DNA of 64,000 nucleotides from NCBI GenBank assembly GCA_951406725.2, contig OX597818.1, forward strand, positions 44,826,001 to 44,890,000. Reading direction: 5' to 3'. How positions within the stretch are numbered: position 1 is the first letter of the stretch; each line of letters starts with the position of its first letter. Made by a program: the position numbers and the translations under genes. This document shows, piece after piece, positions 11,875 through 25,602 of this stretch. The stretch is from Octopus vulgaris. Lineage: Eukaryota. The notes under the pieces are model-generated. The model had not been told where the DNA came from. It did no database searches and saw only the letters and a program-made list of their open reading frames with translations.

Positions 11875-12767
11875 CAATAATCTCTTGCCATATATACCGC
11901 TTTACCTATTGTGCACTCAGCACATTGTGATTCACCTGTCATGCACTCAGTACACCATGGTTCATCTATCATGCACTCAGTACATCACGGTTCACCTATT
12001 GTGTACTCAGTACATCATGGTTCACCTAGCATGCACTCAGTACATCACGGTTCACCTATTGTGTACTCAGTACATCATGGTTCACCTATCATGCACTCAG
12101 TACATCACGGTTCACCTAACATGTACTTAGTACATCACGATTCACCTATCATGCACTTAGTACATCATGGTTCACCTAACATGTACTCAGTACATTGTGG
12201 TTCACCTATCGTGTACTCAGTACACCATGGTTCACCTTTCATGCACTCAGTACATTGCGGTTCACCTATCGTGTACTCAGTATACCATGGTTCACCTATC
12301 GTGAACTCAGTACATTGCAGTTCACCTATCATGTACTCAGTACATTGTAGTTCAGCTATCGTGTACTCAGTACACCATGGTTCACCTATCATGCACTCAG
12401 TACATTGTGGTTCACCTATCGTGTACTCAGTACATTGCGGTTCACCTTTTGTGTACTCAGTACACCATGGTTCACCTATCATGCACTCAGTACACCATTG
12501 TTCACCTATCATGTACTCAGTACATTGCGGTTCACCTATCATGTACTCAGTACACCATGGTTCACCTATCATGCACTCAGTACATCGCAGTTCACCTATC
12601 GTGAACTCAGTACATCACGGATTTTTCTGGCTAATATATGTAAATTTATATTATGGACTCTTCAATATATTGTAGGTGTCTGTGGCCTATAGGTATATTT
12701 TTTAGAGTTTGATTATTTCTGTGGGAGGTCTTGGAACAAAACACCAGTGATAGTCGAGGGATTACTG
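11875..12767. mobile_element. pogo/Tigger-like MITE (TA TSD) with internal minisatellite expansion
   Basis: Right end GATAGTCGAGGGATTACTG|TA; degenerate left end TA|CAATAATCTCTTGCCAT (consensus CAGTAATCCCTCG). Confidence 0.7.
11899..12621. repeat. 30-bp minisatellite, ~24 units (GGTTCACCTATCRTGYACTCAGTACAYYRY)
   Basis: Exact 30-bp periodicity is visible line by line. Confidence 0.97.
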
Positions 12768-12955
12768 TAATAATTTCAGAGTATGTCTGTACTGATATGC
12801 ATGCTATGCATTGTACAATATAATTCAAAAGTTGATGCACTGGTGATCTGATGAGCTAGCTTTCTTTGTCTGCATTGATTTGTAAATAGACAATTAACTC
12901 GATAAGTTGATCTGTGTTCTCCTTTGTAACAAATATTTCATTAAAATGAGCTGGT

Positions 12956-13180
12956 TACTCTTTTACTCTTTTACTTGTTTCAGTCATTTGGTTGTGGCCA
13001 TGCTGGAGCACTGCCTTTAGTCGATTGAGCAAATCGACCCCAGGACTTATTCTTTGTAAGCCTAGTTCTATTTCTACCGATCTCTTTCGCTGAACCGCTA
13101 AGTTACGGGGACGTAAACACACCAGCATCAGTTGTCAAGCAATGTTGGGGGACAAACACAGACACACAAACACACACACG

Positions 13181-13220
<40 letters not shown>

Positions 13221-13392
13221 CCCATATATACCACAGGTTTCTTTCTGTTTCCGTCCACCAAATCCACTCTCAAGGCTTTGGTCGGCCCGAGGCTATAGTA
13301 GAAGACACTTGCCCAAGGTGCCACGCAGTGGGACTGAACCCAGAACCATGTGGTTCATAAGCATGCTACTTACCACACAGCCACTCCTACAC
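12956..13392 (-). mobile_element. SINE family A, full length, (GAGTAAAA)n tail
   Basis: Family A consensus match. Confidence 0.85.
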
Positions 13393-14232
13393 TTATGGTT
13401 ATGCAGAAATAAAATAGCAGTCTAGTTAAAATACTGTTCTACTAATTACATTGTTAGAAATTAAAAATCTTGTAACATTCAATATGTTGTGACTTGGGGT
13501 CAAGGAATATAACTCTATTTCTCTCAATGTGCATAGCTGACAATAGGTGCCACTCCAACCCCCTCGTTAAGTGACAAATAATACTTTGTTATGCATCATA
13601 TTACTCTCCAGTCTTTCAAATTTCAATGCACGATTTCATAAAATTAATCATTCCGCTATTTATATTTTAATTCTCATCTGTGATGAGATAAAAGTGAATG
13701 ATCAATCTCTACTTGTTTGTTACAATTTGGTAAAAGTACATTTAAAGTTTCTCTTAATTAGTAGTTTGACAATTGATTCATCCAATTTTCATGTAAAGAA
13801 GAAAGCATCGAATAATTATTCTGTTTCTTCATTTCTTTATGTTTGTCTTTATAAACAAGTAACTCAAAATATTACATTGTTTGTACATTAATTATTTGAT
13901 ATGACCTACTTGTCCTTTATAGACTGACTATTTCTAGATATTGTACATCATTAGCATAAAATAATAGAACAACAGATAATGAATTAATTATATTATATCA
14001 ATCAAGGAATTACCTTCAACCCAAATTAGGAAGAAAGAGGAAGAATAAAATGAAAAGGAAGAAAGAGCAAAACAATGTCTTAGTCTCACATGAAGATTTT
14101 GTGATAAAAATAAATTTGATTGTTACCAAATTTATTTTATTTTCTTAGCGAGGTAAAAGCAATTAATTCTGGTTTGAATTCAGATGTTATGGAAACGCTT
14201 CAACTCTAGCCTTTTCTTTTTAGCACCATTCT

Positions 14233-14334
<102 letters not shown>

Positions 14335-14399
14335 ATGCATGCACTTCCATGAACTGTTGACAAAGAAGAAAATAATATAAGTGCATTCAAAATTATTAC

Positions 14400-14760
14400 T
14401 GTTTTAAAAACTGTGAAATTCCGGTGTATTTTCTTTTCTTTTATAACTCATTCTCCTTAATTTCATTTTATTTTTCTTTCTCCTTAATTCCTTATTCGAA
14501 ATGAAAGCAATAAATCGATTAATATGGTATTTAATTGATTATCTACCATGCTATTATACTGATGAGGTACATGATACAGTAACAGGCTGTCAATAAATAT
14601 AGGACATGAAAGATATACTAAATATATAAAGTATAATGGCTTGAGTTACTTTATTATGAAGATCATTTGAACAAATAAAGTAAAATAAAATAAATAATAT
14701 TCAGATACTTTCCTCCCTTATATGAAAAATAGAACAACCAATAATTAAACTACTTTTATA
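14400..14760 (+). mobile_element. Old repeat, copy 1, with degenerate type I hammerhead (PLE pLTR-like)
   Basis: Homologous to 16200-16570; CTGATGA-GGTAC-ATG-ATACA-GTAAC-AGGCT-GTC at 14559-14591. Confidence 0.55.
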
Positions 14761-14789
14761 AAGAATTTCAAACATGGCAACTAATACAA

Positions 14790-15278
14790 TCATCATCATC
14801 ATTTAATGTCCGCTTTCTATGCAAGTGTGGGTCGGACGATTTGACTGAGGTCTGGCGAACCAGACTTCAATCTGATCTGGCAGAGTTTCTATAGCTGGAT
14901 GCCCTTCCTAATGCCAACCACTCTGAGAGTGTAGTGGGTGCTTTTACATGCCACTGGCACAAGGGCCAGTCAGGCAGTACTGGCAATGGTCACGCTCAAA
15001 TGGTGCTTTTTATGTACCACTTGCACAGGAGCCAGTCCAGCGGCACTGGCAATGACCTCGCTCAAATGTTTTTTCACATGCCACCAGCACAAGTGCTAGT
15101 AAGATGATGCAGGTAACGATCACACTCGAAAGTTGTTTTTAACATGCCATTGGCACGAAAGCCAGCTTGTTGCTCTGGCAATGGTCTTACTCGTATGGTA
15201 CTCTTAGCACTCCACTAGCAGTGGATGCCAGTCACCAAGTTTGATTTTGATTTCACTTGCCTCAACAGGTCTTCACAA
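14790..15278 (-). mobile_element. RTE 3' end (family C) with multiple ~45-bp internal repeats
   Basis: Family C 3'UTR reaching the ORF2 stop region (GATTTCACTTG on +). Confidence 0.8.
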
Positions 15279-16199
15279 TCGAATTTGATTAAAGTTATTA
15301 ATTTGCATGATAATGGTTGCAACGATGTGCCACTGATGTTAGTCCTGACATAACAAGTGAAGGCTAAAAGTACATAGCTCACTCATCTTTTTTGATGCAT
15401 CAGTCACATTTTGTTTGACTGATGCAAAAATGTAATGACTATGGATAAAAAATTTCCATAATTTTTTGAATTCGTATCACCTGTCATAAAAAGATATAGC
15501 AGCTAACTGAAGAAAAGCAATTAAACTCTGACACTAGTTAAAGTGGATAGATGAAATCCTGTGAGCCACGAAATCAATCATGCTCTGACATTAGAGAAAT
15601 CAATCAAATTATGGTATCAGACTAAAGATGATAAAACACTTAACTACATTAAGTTTTCTTCAATGCTAGACAGAAAGATTTATCTACCATGGGCCAATCA
15701 CTAGCTCACTGCATTTCTGACTATGAAACTATGAAACTGAAAAGGAAGTGTCTGTAACATAGTGTGAAACAAGCATATAAAGGGATTTTGCTCAGAAAGT
15801 GACAGATTATAATTTTTTTTTGTTTTCCCACCAGTGCTTACATCCTTTGTCAATGTTGATTAGTGAAAAATATACATGCATCGTCATTATCACCACCACC
15901 ACCACCATCATTGCCCTCCTCCTCCTCCTCATCATCATCATCAGCTCCAGTGGCAGCAGCTACCATTTTCGATTTTACTAAAGTCATTTTATTTTTTTTA
16001 ACAAACCAGTTCTAGTTTGAATTCAGGCACTATGAAAATTTTTCATCTCCAAGAAATCTTTGGTGCTAGCTATACTGTGCATTGCATGTGTGTGTGTGCG
16101 TGCGTGTGTGTGTGTGTGTGTGTGTGTGTATGCATGTGTGAATGTGCCTCCTCCTCTTGCCTTAACTGAAAAATAAAATCAAACGAGTATATTCACAAC

Positions 16200-16570
16200 T
16201 ATTTCTATTTCAAAAAATGTGTGATTTAGCACATTGTTTTTCTCTTCCCTTTTTTTTTATTTCTCACTTCCTATCTTCCTAATTGGAAAGCTAAAGAACT
16301 ACTTGTCTAATGCGATATCATATAATTTATTAATTGAATATCTACTTTGCTTTTACTTTATCCTGATGATGCACATGATACAGCAACAGGCTGTCTATAA
16401 ATATATGACAAGCAGGAAATATTAAATATTTAAAGAATATAAGAGTTTGAGTAACTTGCTTGTAATAAAAATTTGCAGAAAAGGATTAATAAAAAAGAAA
16501 GGAATATATTTAGATACTTTCCTTCCTTATATGAAAATGGAACAACTAATGATAAAACTCCTAATATAGA
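16200..16570 (+). mobile_element. Old repeat, copy 2, with degenerate type I hammerhead
   Basis: Shares ACATGATACAG.AACAGGCTGTC.ATAAATAT and AGATACTTTCCT.CCTTATATGAAAA blocks with 14400-14760. Confidence 0.55.
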
Positions 16571-16698
16571 AAAATACACATATTGGTGTGTAGGTGTCTC
16601 TTCTAAGTTCTCTGGCAATATTTGATTACGTAAGTAGGGTTGCCTATTCTTTCTGACATCACAGACATAGCAAGTGGTTTTCCCAGACTCTCATACAA

Positions 16699-16756
<58 letters not shown>

Positions 16757-18558
16757 TGTGTGTAAAGGTCTCTGAGAGAAATTTTTAAAGTTACGGAAGA
16801 GGAGCACTAAACAGTGAAAAATGAAATTACTATGTTATTATCAGTCCAAATATGCTTGGTGCACATTCAAACCAGGGAACAACTGGGATAAAATGTAGTG
16901 AGTAGCTTGTTCCGCAGTTTGAACATGCATCAAGCATATCCGGACTGGTATTAACATTGAAATTTTGTAAGGTAGAATGAGATTGCTTTCAGGATCAACC
17001 TAGTAAGTAGGGGCTCCTTTCCCTATCAGAATTTCACTGGCCCTTTCTTAGATGTCTGGGCTCTGGGCTGTATGTGTGATAGGGTAGGAAAGGAAGAGAG
17101 AGACAGAGAGAGGGGGAGAAAAGAGAGAGAAAGACAGAGGAGAGAAGAGAAAAGAAAAAATAGAACTGATTCCACTTTCCATCTACCAAAACTCCATTCA
17201 CAAGACATTGGTCAGCCGAAGACTATGGTCAAAGATATTTGTCCAAAGACCCATGCAGTTGAACTAAACTCAAAACAATGTCGTTGAAAAACTAACTTCT
17301 GATCCACAAAGCCATAACTGCCCCCATTTCATGCCATTGCACTCAATATTTTGGAAATTTCCCATTTTACCATTCCAAGCTGCTTGCCAGCCTTTTCCAT
17401 ATTGCTTTATACAACTTCAGTCTCTCTTTTCATCTTTAACTGCCCCCATCTTTTCTCCTATTATTATTCCACACACCTGTGAGTTTACCTTCCTTCACTC
17501 CTTCCACCATTATTCTTTATTATCTTCTCCATTCAAGGTACAACCTTCTTCCTATAATATTTTATCTCCTATCATTTCATAGATCCGCCCTTTACCCTCT
17601 GTCATCCGATACCACTGATCTTCATTTTTACCTTCTTCAATCCAGATGCTCCTTCTCTTAACATTCCATACACTTACTTTATCACCTTCTATCATCATAC
17701 ACACCTGGTTTTTCATACATCTGTTCTTTTACCTTCCTTCATTTTATAATAGATTTTCTACCTTCATTTGTAGTCATTTCAAACACTCTCTCTTCCATCT
17801 ACATTTGTATTATATTTCCTTTTTTTTATATTTTTTGATCGCTACCCTCTCAATATTACTTTATCATTCCATATTCTTCACATCTGCTTTGTTCAAACTC
17901 AGCATCCAAAAACTGGAAGGAGAAGTCAACTGAGTTCAGAAGCAAATTAAATCAATGCTTCTTGTTTAATTAAAGGAGCTATTTTCTTAGGTTGGAAATT
18001 AATTAAATTCTGTTTAAACAATTTACTAAAAAAAAAAAAAAAAAGGAATTCAGTAAAATCAAATTTTTAGGTAATAAATAATGAAACATGATTTTTTCTT
18101 TTATAAATTATAGAAGCACCAATTTCATACATAATGTGTTACATTATTTACTTATTAATTTTTGAAATTGGAAATGACAAATCAATATGACAAAAATAGA
18201 AATGAAAAGATAACAGTGCAAAACACTGTAATAACAGTCTAAGGCAGTATAATGACAATGTAAGAGATTGTAATAACAACAAAATAACACTTGTAATAAC
18301 AATAAGCACTTGTAATAACAATGTGAAACAGAATAAAAGAAGTGAATTTGAAAGAAAGTAAGATGAGTGAAAGTAGCACAAAAGAAATTAGAAAATAACT
18401 GAAATATGGGATATGAAGACTATAGAGTTAAAAATAAATACTATTGTTTTCTCCACTCAGATTAACCAGCTGATGTTGAGTAGAAAAGTCGTATTGTCAT
18501 TATTGTTTTACGGTCCACTTTTCCATGCTTGCATAGATAGGCTGGATGGTATTTGTTG

Positions 18559-19026
18559 AGGTGAGCTGGCAGAAACGTTAGGACATCGGGCGAAATGCTA
18601 AGCGGTATTTCGTCTGCCGTTACGTTCTGAGTTCAAATTCCGCCGAGGTCGACTTTGCCTTTCATCCTTTCGAGGTCGATTAAATAAGTACCAGTTATGC
18701 ACTGGGGTCAATATAATCGACTTAATCCGTTTGTCTGTCCTTGTTTGTCCTCTCTGTGTTTAGCCCCTTGTGGGTAATAAAGAAATAGGTATTTGTTGAG
18801 GTGAGCTGGCAGAAACGTTAGGACATCGGGCGAAATGCTTAGCGGTATTTAGTCTGCCGTTACGTTCTGAGTTCAAATTCCGCCGAGGTCGACTTTGCCT
18901 TTCACCCTTTCGGAGTTGATTAAATAAGTACCAGTTATGCACTGGGTCGATATAATTGACTTAATCCGTTTGTCTGTCCTTGTTTGTCCTCTCTGTGTTT
19001 AGCCCCTTGTGGGTAGTAAAGAAATA
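18559..19026 (+). mobile_element. Two head-to-tail family B SINEs
   Basis: GGTATTTGTTGAGGTGA occurs three times (18548, 18788, 19027), bracketing two near-identical copies. Confidence 0.9.
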
Positions 19027-19439
19027 GGTATTTGTTGAGGTGAATTTTCTATGGCTTGGTGCCTTTCCTGTCATCGACCTTCATATGTTTCTAAGAATGG
19101 TAATATTTCTCCATGACAGGCATGTTTTCTCTGAATATTAGCAGTGAATAACACTGCTTGCATGACAGTGGCACTCGTTTACAACTACCGTGTAATGTCA
19201 AAGAAAGGAGACAGCGACACACTCACACATGTGCATACACACACATGATGGGCTTCTTTCAGTTTCCATCTGCCGAATCCGCTCATGAGGCTCTGGTTGA
19301 TCTGGGGCTACTGTAGAAGACACTTGTTCAAAGTGCCATGCAGTGGAACTGAAGCCAAAACCATGTGGTTAGGAAGCAAGCATCATACCACACAGCCATA
19401 CCAATTGATTTAAAAACATACAAGATAGTAATACATTCA

Positions 19440-19990
19440 TCATCATCATCATCATCATCATCGTTTAACATCCGTTTTCCGTGATAGCATGGGTTGGACG
19501 GTTCGATCGGGGTCTGGGAAGCCAGGAGGCTGCACCAGGCTCCAGTCTGATCTGGCAGTGTTTCTACAGCTGGATGCCCTTCCTAATGCCAACCACTCCG
19601 TGAGTGTAATGGGTGCTTTTTACGTGCCACCAGCACAGGTGCCAGGGGAGTCTGGCAGTGGCCACGATCGGCTGGTGATTTTAACGTGCCACCGGCACAG
19701 AAGCCAGTCAAGGCAGCGCTGGCATCGACCACGTTCGGATGGTGCTTTTTATCACAACTATGCTCTATAATGTCCTATAATATATTGGGGTACTCCTGCT
19801 GGATAAATATGGAATCAACATGAATAAAGGACTCCAAAAGAGTAAGTGATGCTGCTTGTAGTGGAGCATGCAGCTCATTTCTATTTTTCATTTCATTTCT
19901 GGTGCAGCCTTCTGGTTTCCCAGACCCCAGTTGAACCGTCCAACCCATGCTAGCTTGGAAAGCGGATGTTAAATGATGATGATGATGATG
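19440..19990. mobile_element. Two family C (RTE 3') fragments in opposite orientation
   Basis: 19440-19750 (-) and 19895-19990 (+) with (CAT)n/(GAT)n tails. Confidence 0.8.
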
Positions 19991-20279
19991 ATGATGATTA
20001 TCATTTCATAATTTTTATTAGTAATTTTATTTTAAGTTTTGTGTTATATGTCCCCACATGTCTTTGTGTTGTCCCATCTATATTGGCCCCTTGTGGGCAA
20101 TAAAAAAATCATCTCTAATATTAATTAGGCCTCTTCGCTTGCGTTGGCATTTTTGAAGTTTGATTATTGGTTGAAGTTGCTATTATTTGAATTATTGTTC
20201 TTTTGTGCTGCTTTAGCAGTGGTTTCAGGTTGTGCTTTCTCTCGATATTTTTATTTGGACCTTGGTGGTTCTGAATTGT

Positions 20280-21560
20280 CCTCTCCAGAGGAGGAAACGG
20301 TTATCACAATCAAAAAGATGGATAAATTACTGAAAAAGAAGAGCTTTGCTGAAGCAGCAGAAGTAAAGAAGAAAGAGGCGAACCTGGCAAATATCAAAAG
20401 AGATGCAAAAATGGGCTGCAAAGTGGGTGGTGACGTTAGGCTGTCACCACCCCCAGAAAAAATAGAAGAAATTAATACAAAGACCGTGATATACAAAGTC
20501 TACTCGGTACAGAACAGAAAAATCGAACACATGGAAGAAGGAATTTTAGAAAAGGCATTATGTTCAGTCTGGCCAGACATTGCGTACCTGGCCGGAGGGA
20601 ATAAGTACAGAACTATCATAGTTCACTAGAGAACAGAAGAAAAAGCAAGAGAAAACGCAATAAAAACAATTAAGACGGAGAAGGTAGTCCTACCAACTTA
20701 TACAGGAAGAAGGATGTCAAAGATAAAGGTGGAGGGAATTCCACCGGAAATTGATGTGGAGTGGATCGTGGCAGTTGTTCTTCTGGGAAGTGGAGAAGTT
20801 GCCATCCTCCAAGCCACAAAAATGGACCGCTCAGTTTGGAGAGGCCAAATGTTGGAACTAATAGTACAAGCGGAAGTTGAGACACTAGAAAATGTTGCAG
20901 AGATGGTATGGATAGGAGACTTGGGGTTGAAAGTGTGGGTGGAGGGCAGGACTCCACGTTGTTTTAAATGTGGCCAAAAAGGCCACATTAGAGCACACTG
21001 CCCTCAGCAGAAGCAGACAGAAGGAAAAACACTGGAAAAGAAGCAAGAAGTGAAAAAAGGAAGAAAGAGAAGACGAATGGAAGATTGCTGAAGGAAAAAA
21101 GAAGAGAAAAAGGAGCAGTATACTGTGGAACCCCAAACTCTACCCACCCCATCCATTCTCTCTGCGATCCACCCCCTCCCTACAGACACTGAACCCTCCC
21201 TTCCCCCTTCTACACTAGCAAAAAAAAAACACATGCACAACACAGAACAAAGAGTCCCACTCCCCATGAAGTGTATTACATTTTTATATCAACAAACAAA
21301 GAAAACACGGAACTAATCCAAAAAGTAACAAGCAGGGAAACAGCTAGATTTGTGAACACTGAAAAATATCATGAAACACTAGGATGGTACATGTGTGTTC
21401 TGATCTCAGAAGCACAAATAGAGGAGATCAAAAAATATAAAAAGGTGTGAAAATGTGGAAAATACACGAGGACATTAAAAAATGCCGGACAATATTGAAT
21501 GCGAGGTTCTGCTGGATAAATATGGAATTGAAGTGAATAAAGGACTCCAAAATATAAAAT
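20280..21560 (+). pseudogene. Decayed Tx1/L1-type LINE ORF1 (gag-like, CCHC knuckle)
   Basis: WVEGRTPRCFKCGQKGHIRAHCP zinc knuckle after an RRM-like region (SKIKVEGIPPEI); interrupted by stops and frameshifts; no ORF2 recognised. Confidence 0.7.
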
Positions 21561-22017
21561 GGTGACAATTTACCCATTGCACTCTGTATATTTATATATA
21601 TATAAAACAAAATATAGCTGTCTCTTGCAAAAGAGTTTGATTTGTGGTAGGTATCATGCACCCACTAATAGTGTCAGGTTCCTATGATGTAACAAGCTGA
21701 TATTGGCACCCTCTCAGCTCTCCAACCCATGACCCACTGGAGCTATGTGAAATACATCCAAAGACAGCATGCCACCTGGTCTACGAATTGAACCCGCAAG
21801 CTTATGATCATGAAATCGACTTCCTAACCACTAAGGCAGGCACTTTCATGTATATCTGTTTGTCTGTCTGCCTGCCTGTCTGTCTATCTCTTTCTATCTG
21901 TTTGTTTATCTAAATGTCTTTGTGTGTGTGTGTTTACTTCCTTTTCTCTGGACATTGCATGTTAACTAAATGAGTATCCCCATTAAAATGAAGACTACTA
22001 CTACTAATAATAATAAC

Positions 22018-22076
<59 letters not shown>

Positions 22077-22080
22077 CAAT

Positions 22081-22710
22081 AACCCTTTCTAATTTAGGTA
22101 CAAGGCCTGACATTTGGGGGAGGGGACCAGTGAACGACATTGATCCCAGTGTGTAACTGATACTTAATTTATCAACCCCGAAATGATGAAAAGCAAAGTC
22201 GACCCTGGTGGCATTTGAAATCAGACCATTAAGACAGACGAAATACAGCTAAGCATTTGCCCGGCATGCTAATGGTTCTGCCAGCTTGCTGCCTTACTAC
22301 TACTAATAATAATCTTTTCTACCCTAGGCAGAAGGCCTGAAATTTTTGGGGAGGGGGCCAGTTGATTAGATTGACCCCAGTACACAACTAGTACTTAATT
22401 TATTGGCCCTGAAAGGATGAAAGGCGAAGTCGACCTCGGTGAAATTTGAACTCAGAATGTAAAGATTGATGAAATACCTATTTCTTTACTACCCACAAGG
22501 GGCTAAACATAAAGTGGGCAAACAAGGACAGACAAACGGATTAATTCGATTATATCGACCCCAGTGCATAACTGGTACTTATTTAATCAACCCCGAAAGG
22601 ATGAAAGGAAAAGTCAACCTCGGCGGAATTTGAACTCAGAATGTAACAGCAGACAAAATACAGCCAAGCATTTCGACTGGCATGCTAACGATTCTACCAG
22701 CTCGCCGCCT

Positions 22711-22711
<1 letters not shown>
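22081..22711 (-). mobile_element. Cluster of three family B SINE bodies with two tail types
   Basis: Repeated Deu/Nin-like domain; (TAA)n and (TAC)n flanks. Confidence 0.8.
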
Positions 22712-22784
<73 letters not shown>

Positions 22785-23220
22785 CCTAAGCATTGAACAA
22801 CATGTCTGACTCTTAAGCTAAAGCTGCTGTAGAGAAAAATAGAAAAGGTTAAAGTATTTTTGAAAATAAATTCTGACTGCTACATTATTCAAGAATATGC
22901 ATCTAACATTTGGAAATAGTACAAGTAACAGACATATGATTTTTTTGAATAATTAAACAAAGAGAAATTTGAATCAATAAGCATAATACAATAAATATTT
23001 TTGCTTAAATATTCAGCTAAGGAACTCCTATTATGACGGTTACTATATTTGACACTTCCTTCACAAGTGTAGAAAATATTTATATCACTATTGTAACGTG
23101 ATCAATTAACTATTTACGAAAATGAACTCTGGATTAGCTACAGGCTTCAGATGCTTTTCCTTTACATTGACTTATACTTTATGGTAAGTGTGAAAATCAT
23201 TTTCATTATTCATACATCAG

Positions 23221-23525
23221 AAGGCAATGAGTTGGCAGAATTGTTAGCATGCTGGCAGAAACGTTAGCAAGCTGGGCGAACTGCTTAGCGGTATTTCGTC
23301 TGTCTTTACGTTCTGAGTTCAATTTCCGCCAAGGTCGACTTTGCCTTTCATCCTTTCGGGGTCGATTAAATAAGTACCAGTTACGCACGGTGGGGTCGAT
23401 GTAATCGACTTAATCCGCTTGTCAGTCTTTGTTTGACCCCTCTGTGTGTAGCCCCTTGTGGGCAATAAAGAAATAAGAATTGTTAGCATGCCTGGCAAAA
23501 TGCTTAGTGGTATTTCATCTGTGTG
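23221..23525 (+). mobile_element. Family B SINE nested in another family B head
   Basis: AGAATTGTTAGCATG is duplicated at ~23237 and ~23476. Confidence 0.75.
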
Positions 23526-25602
23526 GTTAAGAAGCTTGTTTCCCTAACTATGTAGTCTTCGGTTCAGTCCCACTGCACAGCATCTTGAGCAGGTGTCTTC
23601 CAGAGAAGCCCTGGGCTGATGAAAGCCTTGTGAATAGATTTGGCGGATAAAAGCAGAACGAAGCCTGTCACATACATACATACATACATACACTTACATG
23701 CATGCATGTATACATACAAACATACATACACTTACATACATGCATGCATGCATACATACATACATACATGCATACATACATACATACATACATACATACA
23801 TACAAACATTCATTAATCATTAATAAAAAACAGAAAGGGGAAAGCTAATTCGAAGACTACAGATCTAATCCATCACTGGAACTGTAAAAATCTGTAAAAC
23901 TTTCCAGAAGTTTATCATTTAAATATATATGAGCATGTCTAGATATGCAACTATATACATGATGATACATAAATTAAGCAAAACATGCAAATCTGCACAT
24001 ATACATACATACAAAAATACCCTGTTGTTGAAATTCCCATGTAGGAGCTTTGGATCTAAGTTAGAAACCAACTTTTTCTCTATTGGCAAGAAATCTTGAA
24101 ATAAAACTGAACAATGACATACATACATATGCATGTATGTTTGTATGTATATTTATGTTATATATATATGTGTATTCTTTAAAAGACATTACATTGTAAA
24201 TGAGTACCGTCATCATATAACTGAAGTTGTTCATTTTCAGTCTTCCATGAAAAAGTACAGGTTAGCAACAGGAAGGGCATCCAGTTGTAGAAAATATGCA
24301 TCAGTAAATTGTATCTGACCAGTACAAGCATGGAAAAGTGGATATTAAGTGATGATGATGATAAATCTCATTACTTATTCTTAGCTGTCATTAGTATATA
24401 AGTTGATACTCCTGAATATGCACTAAGTTTACCCTGACAGCAGACTATTATTAAAATAGCCATTTATTTAGATACTTTTGATAATTTTATATATGGGTGT
24501 ATGGTGAAGAAATTTTACTTCATAGCCACGTGGTTTTGATCTCAGTTCCACAGCCTGGTATCTGGGGTAAGCATTTTCTGCTAAAATCTCAGGATGAGTA
24601 ATGCCTCAGGATGAGTAAATTTGGTAGATGGAAACAGTATGGAAGTCTATTGTGTGTGTATGTGCGCATGCACGAGTGTGTGTGTCCATGTTTACAATTA
24701 TATTTTAAAACTTAATATTTGACAAAGAGAGATCAATAACATAAATATACAAAAAGCTCTTTATTTCTGCAATGTTTAAGTTTTAAATATATGATAAAAT
24801 ATTATACATTTAAACCTAGAGCGAAAGTTGAAACTTTTTTTTATGCAAGAAATATCAGGCAAATCTCCCTCAGACCACATCTTCAACCTTTAGAAAAAAC
24901 TAGGTATTCAAACCTAGAGCCAAAGTTGGAACCTTTAATTGCTATGAAATACGAAGCAAATCTCACCCAGACCACATTTACAACCTTTAGAAACAGTATG
25001 ACACATTGGATAGCATAATCCTAGATAATATCTAGAGAAAGAGAGAATTATTATGTTTGAACTGCCTTTGATCAAAAGTCTGCTTGTTTGTGACTAACCA
25101 GGGGCTAAGCAACAAATATTAGAATTATTAGGAAATATGATACAGGCTTTTAAAATAGTGGATTAATCTTATGGATAAGTATATTAATGTGATATATTGT
25201 GGCTACTACTGTTTGCTTGGGTGTGCCTATAAAAATATACTAGAACAAATTAACACTGCATTATAAACTTATTTATTAACTGAACTGCAGAGGCTTATTA
25301 CAGCTTATATATTACTGGAAATATATAAAAATAAAATAGTTTTGAGAAAATTAAGTGCTGTCCAAACAAACTGATATATGTCCACAATTATCTTATTTAC
25401 ATAAGCTATCATTATCACCATTTAATGTCCAGTTACCATGCTGGTAGGGATTGGATGGTTCAACAGAAGCTGGTGAGCCAGAAGACTGCATCAAGCTCAA
25501 CTGTCTACCTCGACATAGTTTCTGCAGTTGGTTGCCTCTCTTAATACCATCCATTTCATAAAGTGTGTTGAGTGGCTTTTACGTGGCTTGGCATCTGTGA
25601 GG

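Noticed and set aside
11899-12621. CRISPR-like array
   Set aside because: Contiguous tandem units with no unique spacers; eukaryotic context; no cas genes.
11911-12675. 254-aa His-rich repeat ORF (MHSVHHGSPI)n, and (IGEPWCTEYM)n on the other strand, as a structural or beak protein
   Set aside because: A 30-bp unit keeps several frames open on both strands; variation follows CpG decay rather than codon position; the array sits inside a MITE.
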